DNA of 63,117 bases, counting the filler, from Choristocarpus tenellus KU-1152 (Eukaryota > Protista > Phaeophyceae), in the NCBI GenBank assembly GCA_964200185.2. It is 11 parts of 11 records of this genome, joined end to end, with 100 filler letters (N's around TTAATTAATTAA, not from the genome) between each part and the next. Parts side by side here need not be neighbours in the genome. Positions count along the whole stretch, not along the records: positions 1 to 2,500 come from CAXNAD020027305.1; positions 2,601 to 7,535 come from CAXNAD020012467.1; positions 7,636 to 10,923 come from CAXNAD020021012.1; 8 more parts are not named here. One strand, 5' to 3'. Position numbers and translations under genes: made by a program. Shown here piece after piece: positions 1-11,023 of the stretch. The notes under the pieces were generated by a model. It was not told the DNA's origin. It was given only the letters and a program-made list of their open reading frames with translations, and made no database searches. The number at the start of each line of letters is the position of its first letter. Position 1 is the first letter of the stretch.

Positions 1-88
1 CATGCAACCAAATCACACAAAAATTGCGACATGGAAAAATGGACTCTGAATGGACAGCCGCTACCCCTCCCCCAAGATACTCTGAGCC
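1..88 (-). mobile_element. Partial MITE family B copy (truncated by window start)
   Basis: Reverse-complement match to copies at 32304-32477, 62273-62451 and 62774-62953; ends in TIR ...cccaagatactctgagcc. Confidence 0.75.
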
Positions 89-633
89 CTTGCCACCCTT
101 GTATCAGTTTTTTGTGGTGTCTTTGTGGTGTAGTGACAGGTAGGGGTATTGCAGGCAGTGTAGGTTCCGTGGTGCTTGCCGAGTGTGGAATAGAGGTTTA
201 TGTGTGAAAAGAGGTGTATTGGCAGTGAGTTGGGTTCAAACCCTCACGTACCTCCGAAGAAGATAGTGGTTGTGAGCTACTGAGAACTGAGGACAGAAAA
301 AACAGTTGGACATCAACCTAGAGGTGACGAGGCCGTAGATGGGTTGTGACATCATTGGGACGGCAACTAAAAATAAGAAAAATAATTTTGAAATTTACAC
401 TTCGTTTGAGACACTTCCTTTGACCTGCGTAGTAATTCGAAGCAAGTAAGAGAAAAAAAAAGAGAAGAAATTAAATAACCCCCCCCCCCCCCCCCCCGAC
501 ACTTGAAGTTGCGGTGAGAAATGAGAAGCGCTCGTTTGAAAAATGTGACAAGGCTGTAGTGTTGTTGGAGGCGTAACTATCTATGGCAGGTGGAGGAGAT
601 AACGCACACCTTTGAATGAATCCATTTGTACAG

Positions 634-705
634 GTGAAACTTCAGACAGGCAGCGGATACAATGGAGTGGCAGATGCTGCGGCGAAGATCATCCGGGCTG
701 AGGGG
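634..705 (+). CDS. Internal exon of a mitochondrial carrier (SLC25) family gene
   Basis: tacag|...|gtaag boundaries, 72 nt, phase 0/0, encodes VKLQTGSGYNGVADAAAKIIRAEG, matching the carrier pattern K.RLQ...Y.G..D....I.R.EG. Other exons not identified. Confidence 0.75.
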
Positions 706-825
706 GTAAGAGGGGAGGTGTATATAATTGGACGATGCTTACGAATAGTGAGTTCTACTGTGTTGTGTTAATTTTTTTGTTTGTTTGTTTGCTGTATTTG
801 TTAGGGTGTATGTCTGCTGTTGGGC

Positions 826-856
<31 letters not shown>

Positions 857-1140
857 TTAGTGTGAACTCTGCTCTTTGTGTGACAGGCTTGATATGTTCA
901 TGACTCGACTGTTTGATACAATGTATTGAGGCTGTTGTGCTATTGATCTATGTGTTGGGAACTATGGTTGTCAAGGGGGGTAGGTGAGGTGATTACACGA
1001 TGGCTCAATGTGATGTACGAATCAAGCCGTTGGTCTGCCTGTATAAATCAAGCTGTTGGTCTGTCTGTATGCTGCTCTTAGGTACGGTTAAGATGGGGGA
1101 GTTGTTTTGAGAGCCCATTGGTTGGGTGTGAAGTATGTGA

Positions 1141-1409
1141 AGGCTGTATTGTGTTACGTGTAGCCCGTGTTGTGTTCTGTATAGGCTTATTGTGTTATTT
1201 GTAAACCGTGTTGTGTTACGTGTAGGCCGTGTTGTGTTCTGTATAGGCTGTATTGTGTTATTTGTAAACCGTGTTGTGTTACGTGTAGGCCGCATTGTGT
1301 TGTGTATAGGCTGTATTGTGTTACGTGTAGCCCGTGTTGTGTTGTGTATAGGCTGTATTGTGTTATTTGTAAAACGTGTTGTGTTACGTGTAGGCCGCGT
1401 TGTGTTATT
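1141..1409. repeat. Minisatellite, 21-bp unit with variant types
   Basis: About 13 units such as AGGCTGTATTGTGTTACGTGT / AGCCCGTGTTGTGTTCTGTAT / AAACCGTGTTGTGTTACGTGT, partly in 63-bp higher-order blocks; explains the repetitive ORFs at 1005-1461. Confidence 0.9.
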
Positions 1410-2500
1410 GGTGCAGACGCCAAGTACAGCAAGTACAGAATGGTGGACATTTTGGAACTAAGCTAAGAAAGGATTGACCCAACTGCATCAGGGTATGATC
1501 GCTATCTCTCCTCTTTATTATAATAGCAGCGTACTAAACCTCTATTAATGTGTTTTCAAGGCCATTGATTGGTGGAGTATAACGCATTGAGTCCACATGT
1601 TCAAGAAATTCAGTAGGGAAGAGTGATGAATTCTACTATACTACAAAAAAGATCTAATTTCAAACCGAACTCAGTTGCCAGGCTGCTTTGATTTAATTCT
1701 CTTTTTTTTTGAGAGAGAGTCGTATCTTCTTCTATATCGCTCTTCACTGTATCGGCAGTGTACCCCTCACAGTCCATCGGCACCGAATCGAATGGTGTAT
1801 GGGAAAGGTCTGAATCTTGGCGTTTGACAGTTACATCTTTTTTAATTATTTGCAGGGGGGAGGGAGTCCTTGGTTGACCAACAGTAGTTCGAAGGCGAGA
1901 GGTCAGTTTGGGTACTGATTGATTGATTGATTGATTGTCTGATAGGGTTGGGAATGTTGTCCATGTTGTGAGGTCCAATAACCCTAACCCTAAGCCACAG
2001 ATCCTGCCTCATGGGTAGAGAGCTGGGAACCACTGTGCACAGCAGTGCCCAAAAGTCTTGGAGTTGTACAGATAAGAGGTGTTTGCCAGATGTGAGTGAT
2101 CCCGCTTAGGTGATAAAAAAAATAAAATAGACATGAGTTAGTAGCCTCGAGTGAGAAGGCGCAGAGTGTGACTGGGTAAAAAAGGGATTGAAGGTGAAGG
2201 TGAGTGAGGAGGATGGAGGGAGTGGGCACAGGGAGGAGAACCTCATTGCTCCTCCTTGGGGCCGAGGGTGACATCCCCCGAGCGTCACGGATCATGAGAG
2301 GGTGTGGGAGAGGGAGGTGAAAAGGAGGAGAGAGCATGTGGATGAAGAGTTGTTGGATGTGGAGGCATGGCAGGGCAGCCTTGCGCAGAGATTTAAAAGA
2401 GAAAAAAAAAAAAACTTTTAAGAGCTTCGGGCCCTCGGTTACCTTGTATGTTTTTTTTTTTTTTGGTTTGGCATGTCAGCGCCACGCCACCGGCTTCTTT

Positions 2501-2600
2501 NNNNNNNNNNNNNNNNNNNNNNNNNNNNNNNNNNNNNNNNNNNNTTAATTAATTAANNNNNNNNNNNNNNNNNNNNNNNNNNNNNNNNNNNNNNNNNNNN
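2501..2600. other. Assembly gap with synthetic TTAATTAATTAA linker (also 7536-7635, 10924-11023, 17509-17608, 26320-26419, 29977-30076, 41968-42067, 47652-47751, 51185-51284, 54185-54284)
   Basis: Ten identical 100-bp blocks of N-TTAATTAATTAA-N; the linker has stops in all six frames. Confidence 0.97.
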
Positions 2601-2821
2601 GGGTCAAAATACAATGTTGTGGTTTTGATGTAATTTTGGCTATCGTGTTTGTTAGGAATTGTCAATATCTATGTTTCGGACACACCTTTCTTAACGTATA
2701 CATTTTACCTACTACGAAACATTTTGGAGTCGGAAAATGTCATACAGAAACCCATGGGAAGCCCAAGCCCCATAACTGGACAAACAGGGAAAATTTTGTA
2801 CCCTCTAACATAGTTTCACTC
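2601..2821 (+). mobile_element. MITE family A copy, 5'-truncated by the gap
   Basis: Colinear with 44023-44287; ends ...taccctctaacatagtttcactc. Confidence 0.85.
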
Positions 2822-2830
2822 TTTTTTTGT

Positions 2831-3820
2831 GACCTTTTCGTTTCGTACGTTTGAAACATATTGCATCAATGAAGGATGTGGTTTGTAATCGTATTTGTTG
2901 ACGTAAAGATTAGAATATCATTAGTATTTCGTAAAAACCCTAACGCACGTGTTTTGGCTGTCCTTGAGTTTTGAAGAACTAAACGACTGTTCAATACTAA
3001 AAGAACCCCTTTTTGTCGTCTCTTGTATTTTCAAAAATACTAAGGTCGCCAAAAAGCGGTTTTAGTATTTAAATAAATTGCGGGTACCAGTTGGAAGTGA
3101 CCTTTTAGTTTATGGAAATTGGAAACGTCTGAGACCCATAAAGTGCGTGCTTGGTATTTTCAAAAATGGTAAGAACGGTTATTACTGGACTTACTATTTC
3201 TAAAAATCCTCATGCACGTGTTTTGGGTGTCCTTGAGTTTCGAAGTGTGGAATGGCGCTTCGAAGCTCAAATAACCCTTTTTGTCGTCTCTAGAGTTTTT
3301 AAGAATGCGTATGTCCAACAATTTAAGATTTTGTATTTCAAAAACTTAGAGGGTGCGACTTTTTGTTGACCTTTTGGTTTCTGAATATTGGAAAAGTACG
3401 AGACCAATGAAGTATGTGCTTTGTATTTAAAAGAAATTGTAAGTACGGGTGTAATCGTTTTTACAACTTCCGTCCAACAAATTGTAAGATTTTGAGGATC
3501 ATGGATCTCATGACGGGTCCAATGAATCTCCCGGAGCACAAACAAATTTGGTTTCTGAACATTGGAAACGTACAATACCAATTAAGTATGTGACTTGTAT
3601 TTTGAAAGATACAAATCACATACTATATTCGGATTTACAACTTCCAAAATGCGTAATGCACGGATTTTCAGGATCATCGATCTCGGGGTGGTCCCGCCGA
3701 TAGCCTGAGGCTCCAACAAAGTTGGTTTCTGAACATTGGAAATGTACAATATCAATGAAGTATGTTATTTGTATTTAGAAAGATACAAATCACATACTAT
3801 ATTTGGATTTACAACTAAAC
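2831..3820. repeat. Diverged tandem array: two ~268-bp units then three ~174-bp units
   Basis: Core ttggtttctgaacattggaaacgtac...aatgaagtatgtg...ttgtattt recurs at ~2837, 3105, 3374, 3548 and 3722 (spacings 268, 269, 174, 174). Confidence 0.85.
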
Positions 3821-4047
3821 ATTTACTCTGTCTCTTTTCGGTATGAAATCGTATGCTGTTCGATATTCGTATTTATTGTAACACAAATCTCGAGGGAAAC
3901 ACAAATCTGAGCTTCGAAGACAGACCGATCAGATGAAATGAAGCAGCACCTCCCATCCCTCAGTCCTCATTTCAATTCATTCCCTTCCGTACATACCACG
4001 CGGACCTGTTATTTATCGATCCCCATCGCACCCTCTCAATTTTCGCC

Positions 4048-7000
4048 ATGTCCAGCATTCCCTCAACAACAACCCACACGCCCGCCGATGGCGCTGCCCA
4101 CGGATGGAGAATGTGGAACAGCAATCTGAAGGGCATGTCATCGCTCCTACAAGATCACTATCTGGGCACGTAACGGATGAAACTGGGCAACATCAGATGC
4201 ACGGAGATGGTGTGTCCACTGAGCGAGAGTGACCTTACGCGCGTAAGCAAGTCCATTCACGAGAAAGGCTGGCTGGAGCAGTTTGCTCCGTCTATCGTAA
4301 TCCAGCGAGACTGTTTAGGTAATGGGGACCAACTCACCGCCGAAACTGCGCTTACCATTTTAGGACGTACACTGGACGGAAACCATGGAATAACGGTGCT
4401 GAAGAGAGAGTTTGATCCCGAACGCGCTTTCATGATGCGGGTCTACATGGAGTTCAACCGAGCAGAAGAAAGGCTAATTGCAAACGGTGGGTGATGGAGT
4501 GTTTTCGTTGCTCCATGATCGTCTGATGACTGTTCTGATGTACAAAGTTGTTGCAGAGTTTCCTTACCTTGGTTCATCGTCAGTCAGTCCATTGAGAATC
4601 TCTTCGTTGTTGATCTTCTTTATCCCTCGTGGTATTTCTCTCCACAGCAGCATGTTGCTCAGTACTGCATGTTGCGTGTGTCCCGCGACCGCTCCCCACC
4701 TAACCCTTGTCCCATTCGCCCAATGGACCGCCACGCTTATAGCATTCAACGACGCGACCGTGAGTGTGGTTGAGCGCACACTGTATGATAAGATATATTT
4801 TCAGCACGAGTTCCAAGAATCTATCAAGCAACAGACGAGGAAAAAAGAAGTGTCAATTAGTAGAGACCCGCAACATGTACAAGACAGTGAGGGAGTTGTC
4901 AACGTTAGTGAAATGGTGGCACTATAGTCCCTACTCTAGTTGGGTTACAGCTGTTGTGAAATCCCTCTGTGTCCTCCCATTCTACCTAAGTTGATATAGT
5001 TATCCCGCGTTTAGGAACCCTGTCAACCAACCTATGGATTTACGGGTGACCAGGTAGTAGTATGTATGTGTGGTTAACCACAGACGAACAATAAATATAT
5101 CCTTGTTTGTTTTATCATTAGGCCAGGCGGCTGAATAACACCCCCCCCCACTCATTCATACCCCGTTGGCGCGGCAATAATGATGCCTCATCCTCGCTGA
5201 CTGGGTGCATGATATTTTTCTTTTCTGCCCATCGCGAAGGTGGGCGTTACTCCCCCGCCGAAATCAACAGTACGAAACTGGCAGAAAGGTGTAAAGTCCC
5301 TTAAACCAGAGTCCTTCGAGGTACTGAAGGAAGTGTGTGAGAGCTCGGCACCACAGGTCAACCGCTACGCAGTCACACTGACCTATCTCAGTCGCGACGA
5401 ATTTGCCGGCTTCACTTCCCTCAAGCAGGGGCTACGCATCGATCTGCTTGCTAGGCAAGTCAAACCGCCACTGTGTTTTATCGTGTAGACAGCAGTAAGT
5501 GCAATGTATGCAGGTCGCAGCACATTGCACATTGACGTGAAATAAATGCCTCCTACGATGAAGAATATTGTCGACCACTGTTGTGTCGAACGAAAAACCC
5601 TTCGTAGTATTGTGTAGATTCTACCAACAGTGTGTGTTTCCTGTTTATGTGCGCTGTTGTCTGTCATGAAGTACAACAATCGATCCATGAATATTTAATG
5701 CATGGGCGACCCTTTTGTCATCATTACCTGCGCATCATTCTCGTTGACGTCGTTCATGGCCATTCTCTTTTTGCAGATACAAGTCGTTCAACGGGAAGAT
5801 TCCTATGGCGAAGGACTAGAAGGAGATCGAATCGGACGCGCACATGTCTGAGATGGTTGTCTCGTGCACGAGACAGATTGTGCCCAAGGAATAGTGGACA
5901 CCAGAGCTCCAAAGGTTGGTAAATTGTTGAAGTTACAGCGGTTATCTTCCTTTTTTCCTTTTCCGTATCTCCTGTGCACCCATACGTGGCCATGCGCCCC
6001 TCAATTGTAAAATATACTGTCAGCATATTATTCGGCACCACACTTATTGACTGTTGCAAAACGTTTTGGGGGGGGGATGTTACGTGAATGATGCACGAGC
6101 TGCCAGGGAAATGAACAAGCTCGCATATGAGAAGGGCAATATGCACGACATCTAGGTGAAGCCCCACCACGAGGAGAGGAAGAGGGAGGTGGCCCAACTT
6201 CTGCAGAAGGTTTCATCTGGCGACCAACAAGCGGGGCCCGTCCGGCAGCTGAGGGCAAACATCGCGACGGTAGTCGGAATGAAAACTCTGCAACAGGTCA
6301 GAGCCGTGAGTGTGCCTCCTGTGTTGGTAATTACAGCTGAAATGGCTTGTACAAAAACAATTAGTTGACGCTTGGTAGGATTGGTAGTGGGTCTTCGTCA
6401 TCATCATGAGCGACAGAGTTACCTTCCCTACAACAAACGATACTGTTTTGTCAGTTCTAGTCTTTCGTTACTAATAGCGGGAATAGCCAATTGTTTCCTT
6501 CTACTCTAGACAACGATCTTCGTCAATCTCCATCTCGTTTCTACGTCCAACACGTGTCACTGTCGTAACCTACAAACAGACTGTCGTTCTCGACATAGAC
6601 TTCTTTCAAACTATTTCGCCCCACAAGCCACCTCCATTAAAAACGTTCACCACGTAAACCGATAGGTTTGCTCCGTTCGGTTGACATGCTATCGTAATTC
6701 CATTACACTCTCCCATTTTTAACGTCACCATCGTCCCCTCCTCTCCTCAACAACATCCTCCGCCGTGTCCACCACCAGATTATCGAGAAGGACTCGACTC
6801 TACGCGCTTACCTCTCCACCTGGGATGGGAAATACCAGGATATCCTCAACCAGGTCAACCTCCACCAGGTTCACAGCGGGCAGGGCGGTAATGGCGACGG
6901 TGCAGACGTCGAGAGCAACAACGGATCGGCATCAGATGGCCGTGAGAAAGAAGACGAGCGAAGGTGCGAACACAGAGGAGGGGATGGAAACGAGGGAGGG

Positions 7001-7187
7001 GACGGACTGCCAGACAGGGAGGATACGGGCGAAGGGGGTTCTGTCGGCAGCGTTCCTGGTGCGGAAGAAAACAAAACGGTCATGGAGGGTGCAATGCAGG
7101 CGTTTGCTGTACCGAATGCAATCCTCCACCTACGTCTCGATGAGTAATGTAGTTGTAACGGTGTACGCGGGGATGGCGGGTAATTAA
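4048..7187 (+). pseudogene. Multi-exon pseudogene with an N-terminal ParB/Sulfiredoxin-like domain
   Basis: ATG 4048, in-frame TAA at 4171. Exon 4048-4486 encodes KLGNIRCTEMVCPLSESDLTRVSKSIHEKGW...PSIVI...LDGNHGITVLK (ParBc-like SI..kG / DGNHR pattern). Phase-compatible exons 4743-4886 (one frameshift), 5240-5454 (GC donor) and 5777-5914 (two TAG stops); further coding-like sequence at ~6156-6297 and ~6770-7150. Confidence 0.6.
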
Positions 7188-7319
7188 TGGCGTAAGATTG
7201 GTTTCCTTCCAATCCCCCGAACGGCTAACTAGGTTTTCTCTTTTCAGCAGTGCACGCCATTAAACCGGTGGAACTTGCGGGGTCCCTTTGTGTGTGGCGC
7301 TGCGGTCGTTACCCTGTGC

Positions 7320-7535
7320 AATATAGGCTAGGCAGTCTATAGGGAGTTATATATTTAGTGAACAGTCGAATACAACAGAAGTATTGACTGAGTAGGTGTG
7401 CTTCGAGTCGCAGGTTCGATTCTCGATGGTTTGGTTTCTTACTTTGTTCAATATAAGTGGCTGACGTAGTGTGACTGACACAGACACATTTTGACGTGTC
7501 TGATGACGTGCGCAATAGATAATAATATAAGGAAG
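7320..7535 (+). repeat. Dispersed repeat with B-box-like motif (second copy 51430-51670)
   Basis: aatataggcta.g.agtctata...tacaacagaagt...tgacgtagtg.gactgacacagaca...gacgtgcgc.atagataataatataagg present in both copies; GGTTCGATTCTC at ~7413. Confidence 0.75.
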
Positions 7536-8759
7536 NNNNNNNNNNNNNNNNNNNNNNNNNNNNNNNNNNNNNNNNNNNNTTAATTAATTAANNNNNNNNN
7601 NNNNNNNNNNNNNNNNNNNNNNNNNNNNNNNNNNNGGGTAGTGGCCATGACCACCCTTTTGTTCCTAGCACAGTCCCCACAAGTTAACCCAGGCACACAA
7701 ACACACCACCAATGTTTCTTTCCTCCTGGGGCTGCTGGAGCTCAATAATTCTAACTGGCACTGCTTACCCTCCTCTTCGCCCCCTAGTGCAGCTCCTCCC
7801 TGCAACACCCACTACATCATCACTCCATGCAGTACTTCATCCTGGCCTGAGAAAGTTGGCATATTCATTGTGGTTGTTGCAGGTGAGACACAGGAGGAGT
7901 ACTTCACGGGATTATTGCCCTACAGCAGAATTGTCGCAACAAGTTCATGGCATCCTTTTCGCCATGCCCTGTTGAAGGATACACCAGTCACACACGTCAA
8001 ACAGTGATCTATATAGTAGCAACGGGTCTTGTCATGGTGGTATTCCTCTGCATATCTCCAACCCTAACCTAACCTTTGTGTGAAAAAGAACCCTAAAAGT
8101 GAAAAAAAGTATGACAGTGGGGGTTTCTCAAGGACAGTGGTACTCCCAGAAATCTCGTTTGTGTTGTGTTCCTGTCGCCATCCATAGGTACCTCTTGTGA
8201 AAGGACAGGACTTGATACATACAAGCATGTGTATGTAGTATATATATGCACGGTGGTTCACTTTGGTACGGATCTCCTCTAGGAAATGTTGAGTGAGGAT
8301 GACAGATGCTTGGTTTGCAGCAAGAACAGTGATGTGTCGTGCTTGCTCGATTCACAGCATGTTGAGAGATGAGCAAATAACCAGAAGTGCGAGGGTTGTT
8401 TGTGGAGGATGGATGAAGCCATGCCATTCATTCTTCTTGTGCTTGCTGGTGGGCTAGTAGGTGAATGAGTTGCAAGGTATGTTGAAGATGTAAGAAGTAT
8501 CCTGTGAATATCAGGGACAATTGGTTGGGCCTTCAAAGGTATGGGGGTACCTACCTGTGTCGCCATGTTTGATGTATTTTTTATGCAGTGCTGCAGTCTA
8601 GTTGGGCAGTGTGCAAGTTACTAGGCAATGTAATATGTACATGAATGGCGATATAATGATTAGCACTTGTTGCTAGACGTATAGTTCGGTATGCACGTGT
8701 TGCATCTAGACAATATGTAGCAAAAAATACAACAATACGAGTAGGAGAAATCCAAGGAT

Positions 8760-9300
8760 GTTGTGAACCCCTACTACCTATATCGGTACAAAAAAAGCGC
8801 CAAACCCAGGATTAGGCGACAGGGCCTCGTTGCTGACCAATGTCAAGACAGATCCACAACAAAATTCGAGAGAGGAAGCAAAGTGAAAACTGTTGAGATG
8901 ACTGAACCCAATGTGTGGAAAGCAAGGCACGAGCTGGAAATCAGTGTCAACAAAATTTCTGGAGGATTTGATCATGTTGGTTGGTAGTTGAAAGTTGCCA
9001 GAGGATGGATGCTCCATTAACCCACCATCCTCAAACCCTTCAGTCATCAGGATACGAAAACAGTTCTTAGTTGCAGGAAAGGTCATGGTCCATTTCCTAG
9101 GTCAATGTACTAATGCTCACTATTCAGATTGATGTGACATGTGCACACAGGGGCACTTTTGTGGTTCTCTAAGTATGGGCAATGTATTAAAGAGTTTCCC
9201 AAATTACTGTAAAAAACTCTCCCACTTCAGATATGTTTGCCAGTACTCGCTGCTGTGAGACAGGTGAAAACCGATAGACAGGTTCTTCAGGCTGAAGGGA
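8760..9300 (+). mobile_element. Possible highly degenerate non-LTR reverse transcriptase relic
   Basis: ...QDRSTTK...ELEISVNKISGGFDHVGW resembles RT 'RST' and 'D..KAFD.V.W' motifs; many stops. Confidence 0.3.
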
Positions 9301-9776
9301 AGTTAGGAAGACTCACAAGAGGATGTGGACAGGAGAGACAAGGAAGGAAAGTTAAGCCAAATGTTACTCAGATTAGGATGAACCAAGAAAGTGTGTCAGT
9401 AGGGTTTGCAAGCTCCACTCAACATACTGATGCTGATTTCATCAGAAGTAACTGTGGTTCCATCTGCATGCAACATTTATGACAAGGGAACAGACTCTGA
9501 GGTGTACCTTAGACAGGAAGGGCACCTCAAAAGGTATATCCTGGAGTGAAGATGACTATTGCATCTGGATTGTAATTGATAAAGCCTTTACATCAGTCAA
9601 ATTTATTTGAATTGCTTCAACGTAACTGATCCGTGAAAAGTAGTCTTCATTTTTTGAAAATTCAAATATATGATTCACTGAGTACCAGAAGAAGTGGTAG
9701 GACAATCGAGGGATCACCTTAACTCTACAAGATTCGTCGAGTTTGCTTCTTGTTCGGGACATGCAAGTGAACTGTA

Positions 9777-10114
9777 CGGGGGAACCCCTCTGTCTTGGGG
9801 ACCACTTCTGTCATACATTTTTCAGTCCTTCAAACAACACTTAGGGCAATTTTCCACACACAGGTCAGTGCCAGGGTTAGGGTTAACATTGAAAAAGAGA
9901 TGACAGTGGTGTATCCTTGAGAGGTGGTAGTTCCCCAGTGCAAACTGTACCGCTGCACCACTTCTTCTACAATCTTTCCTTGGCTGGTTACGGATATTTT
10001 TCACACACAATTTAGGGATAGGGTTAACATTTGAGACAGTTTTAGGTTTTGGAAAATGTGTGTGAAAAGTGGAAAAAGTTGAGTGGTTGGTCCCTAGACA
10101 GGGGGGTTGCCTTG
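9777..10114. mobile_element. Tc1/mariner-type MITE with TA target duplication
   Basis: TA|cgggggaacccctctgtcttggggacca ... tggtccctagacaggggggttgccttg|TA, imperfect ~28-bp TIRs; internal similarity to 8060-8150. Confidence 0.6.
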
Positions 10115-10447
10115 TACACTACACACAGGCTAGATGGACTACCAGCAAATACTCTTGGTGATGGACATGTAACACTCGACTGGCATAATGAAACATGAGG
10201 TAGAAATATCCTTCACAAACTGTTCCACTATGCAAGAGCTCATAAACAATGGACTTCTTTGAGTAATTCCCAACTAAAATTCAACTTCTCTTGTGAGCAA
10301 CTTCGAAGGTCTCTTTGAAGACATTGAGAGACACTATACATGCCAAATAAAACAAGTGCCCACAACCCATAAGCACAATTAAAACATGTTCTATACCATT
10401 TGAATAAAGCACAACACCCCCCAAAAAGCATGTATCACCAAGCATTA

Positions 10448-10737
10448 CTAAGGGGTACTTGTAGGTTCCACGAGAAGTGCAATGTCCGCTGCGACTTCAA
10501 GAACCAGGGGCTTAATCGGCGATTCTCCTAAAGATTGGCATAGGCTCACTGCAACCCCTGGGAGATAGGCCCCATGAGTCTTGCGCAACTTATCCTGGAG
10601 TAATGGGCTATGAAGCAGACCCTTCAGACATTTCAACAGAGGCTCCACTTCCCGAGAACCAGTCACCACTTCCTCACAAACAGATCCAGAGGAGTCCGAG
10701 GTTGCCGAGGCAGTAACTATCCTATCCAGTGTTGCTC
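10448..10737 (-). CDS. Probable terminal exon of an unidentified gene
   Basis: ccttttcag acceptor followed by an open frame ATLDRIVTAS...EPLLKCLKGLLHSPLLQDKLRK...LLVEPTSTP*; separated from the fasciclin contig by a gap. Confidence 0.45.
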
Positions 10738-10809
10738 TGAAAAGGGTTGGCCAGGCATGCAGTAGTGCAAGGACTGGGTGTAAGAGGACCTGACCAATAT
10801 CTCCCTTCG

Positions 10810-10871
<62 letters not shown>

Positions 10872-11023
10872 AAAGAATCAAAGGGAGGCCCCCGACCCCC
10901 CGAGGGAAACCCCCCCCCCGAAANNNNNNNNNNNNNNNNNNNNNNNNNNNNNNNNNNNNNNNNNNNNTTAATTAATTAANNNNNNNNNNNNNNNNNNNNN
11001 NNNNNNNNNNNNNNNNNNNNNNN

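Noticed and set aside
1005-1461. Repetitive ORFs on both strands
   Set aside because: By-products of the 21-bp minisatellite
2545-2556. TTAATTAATTAA repeated ten times, superficially a regularly spaced conserved motif
   Set aside because: Always centred in 100-bp N blocks; a synthetic contig linker
2831-3820. Array considered as CRISPR-like
   Set aside because: Units are long and diverged, inter-core sequences are homologous rather than unique spacers, no cas genes, eukaryotic context
10747-10971. Poly-proline ORF and other long poly-C/poly-A runs (e.g. 44470-44700)
   Set aside because: Homopolymers at contig ends; lengths unreliable and probably low-quality sequence
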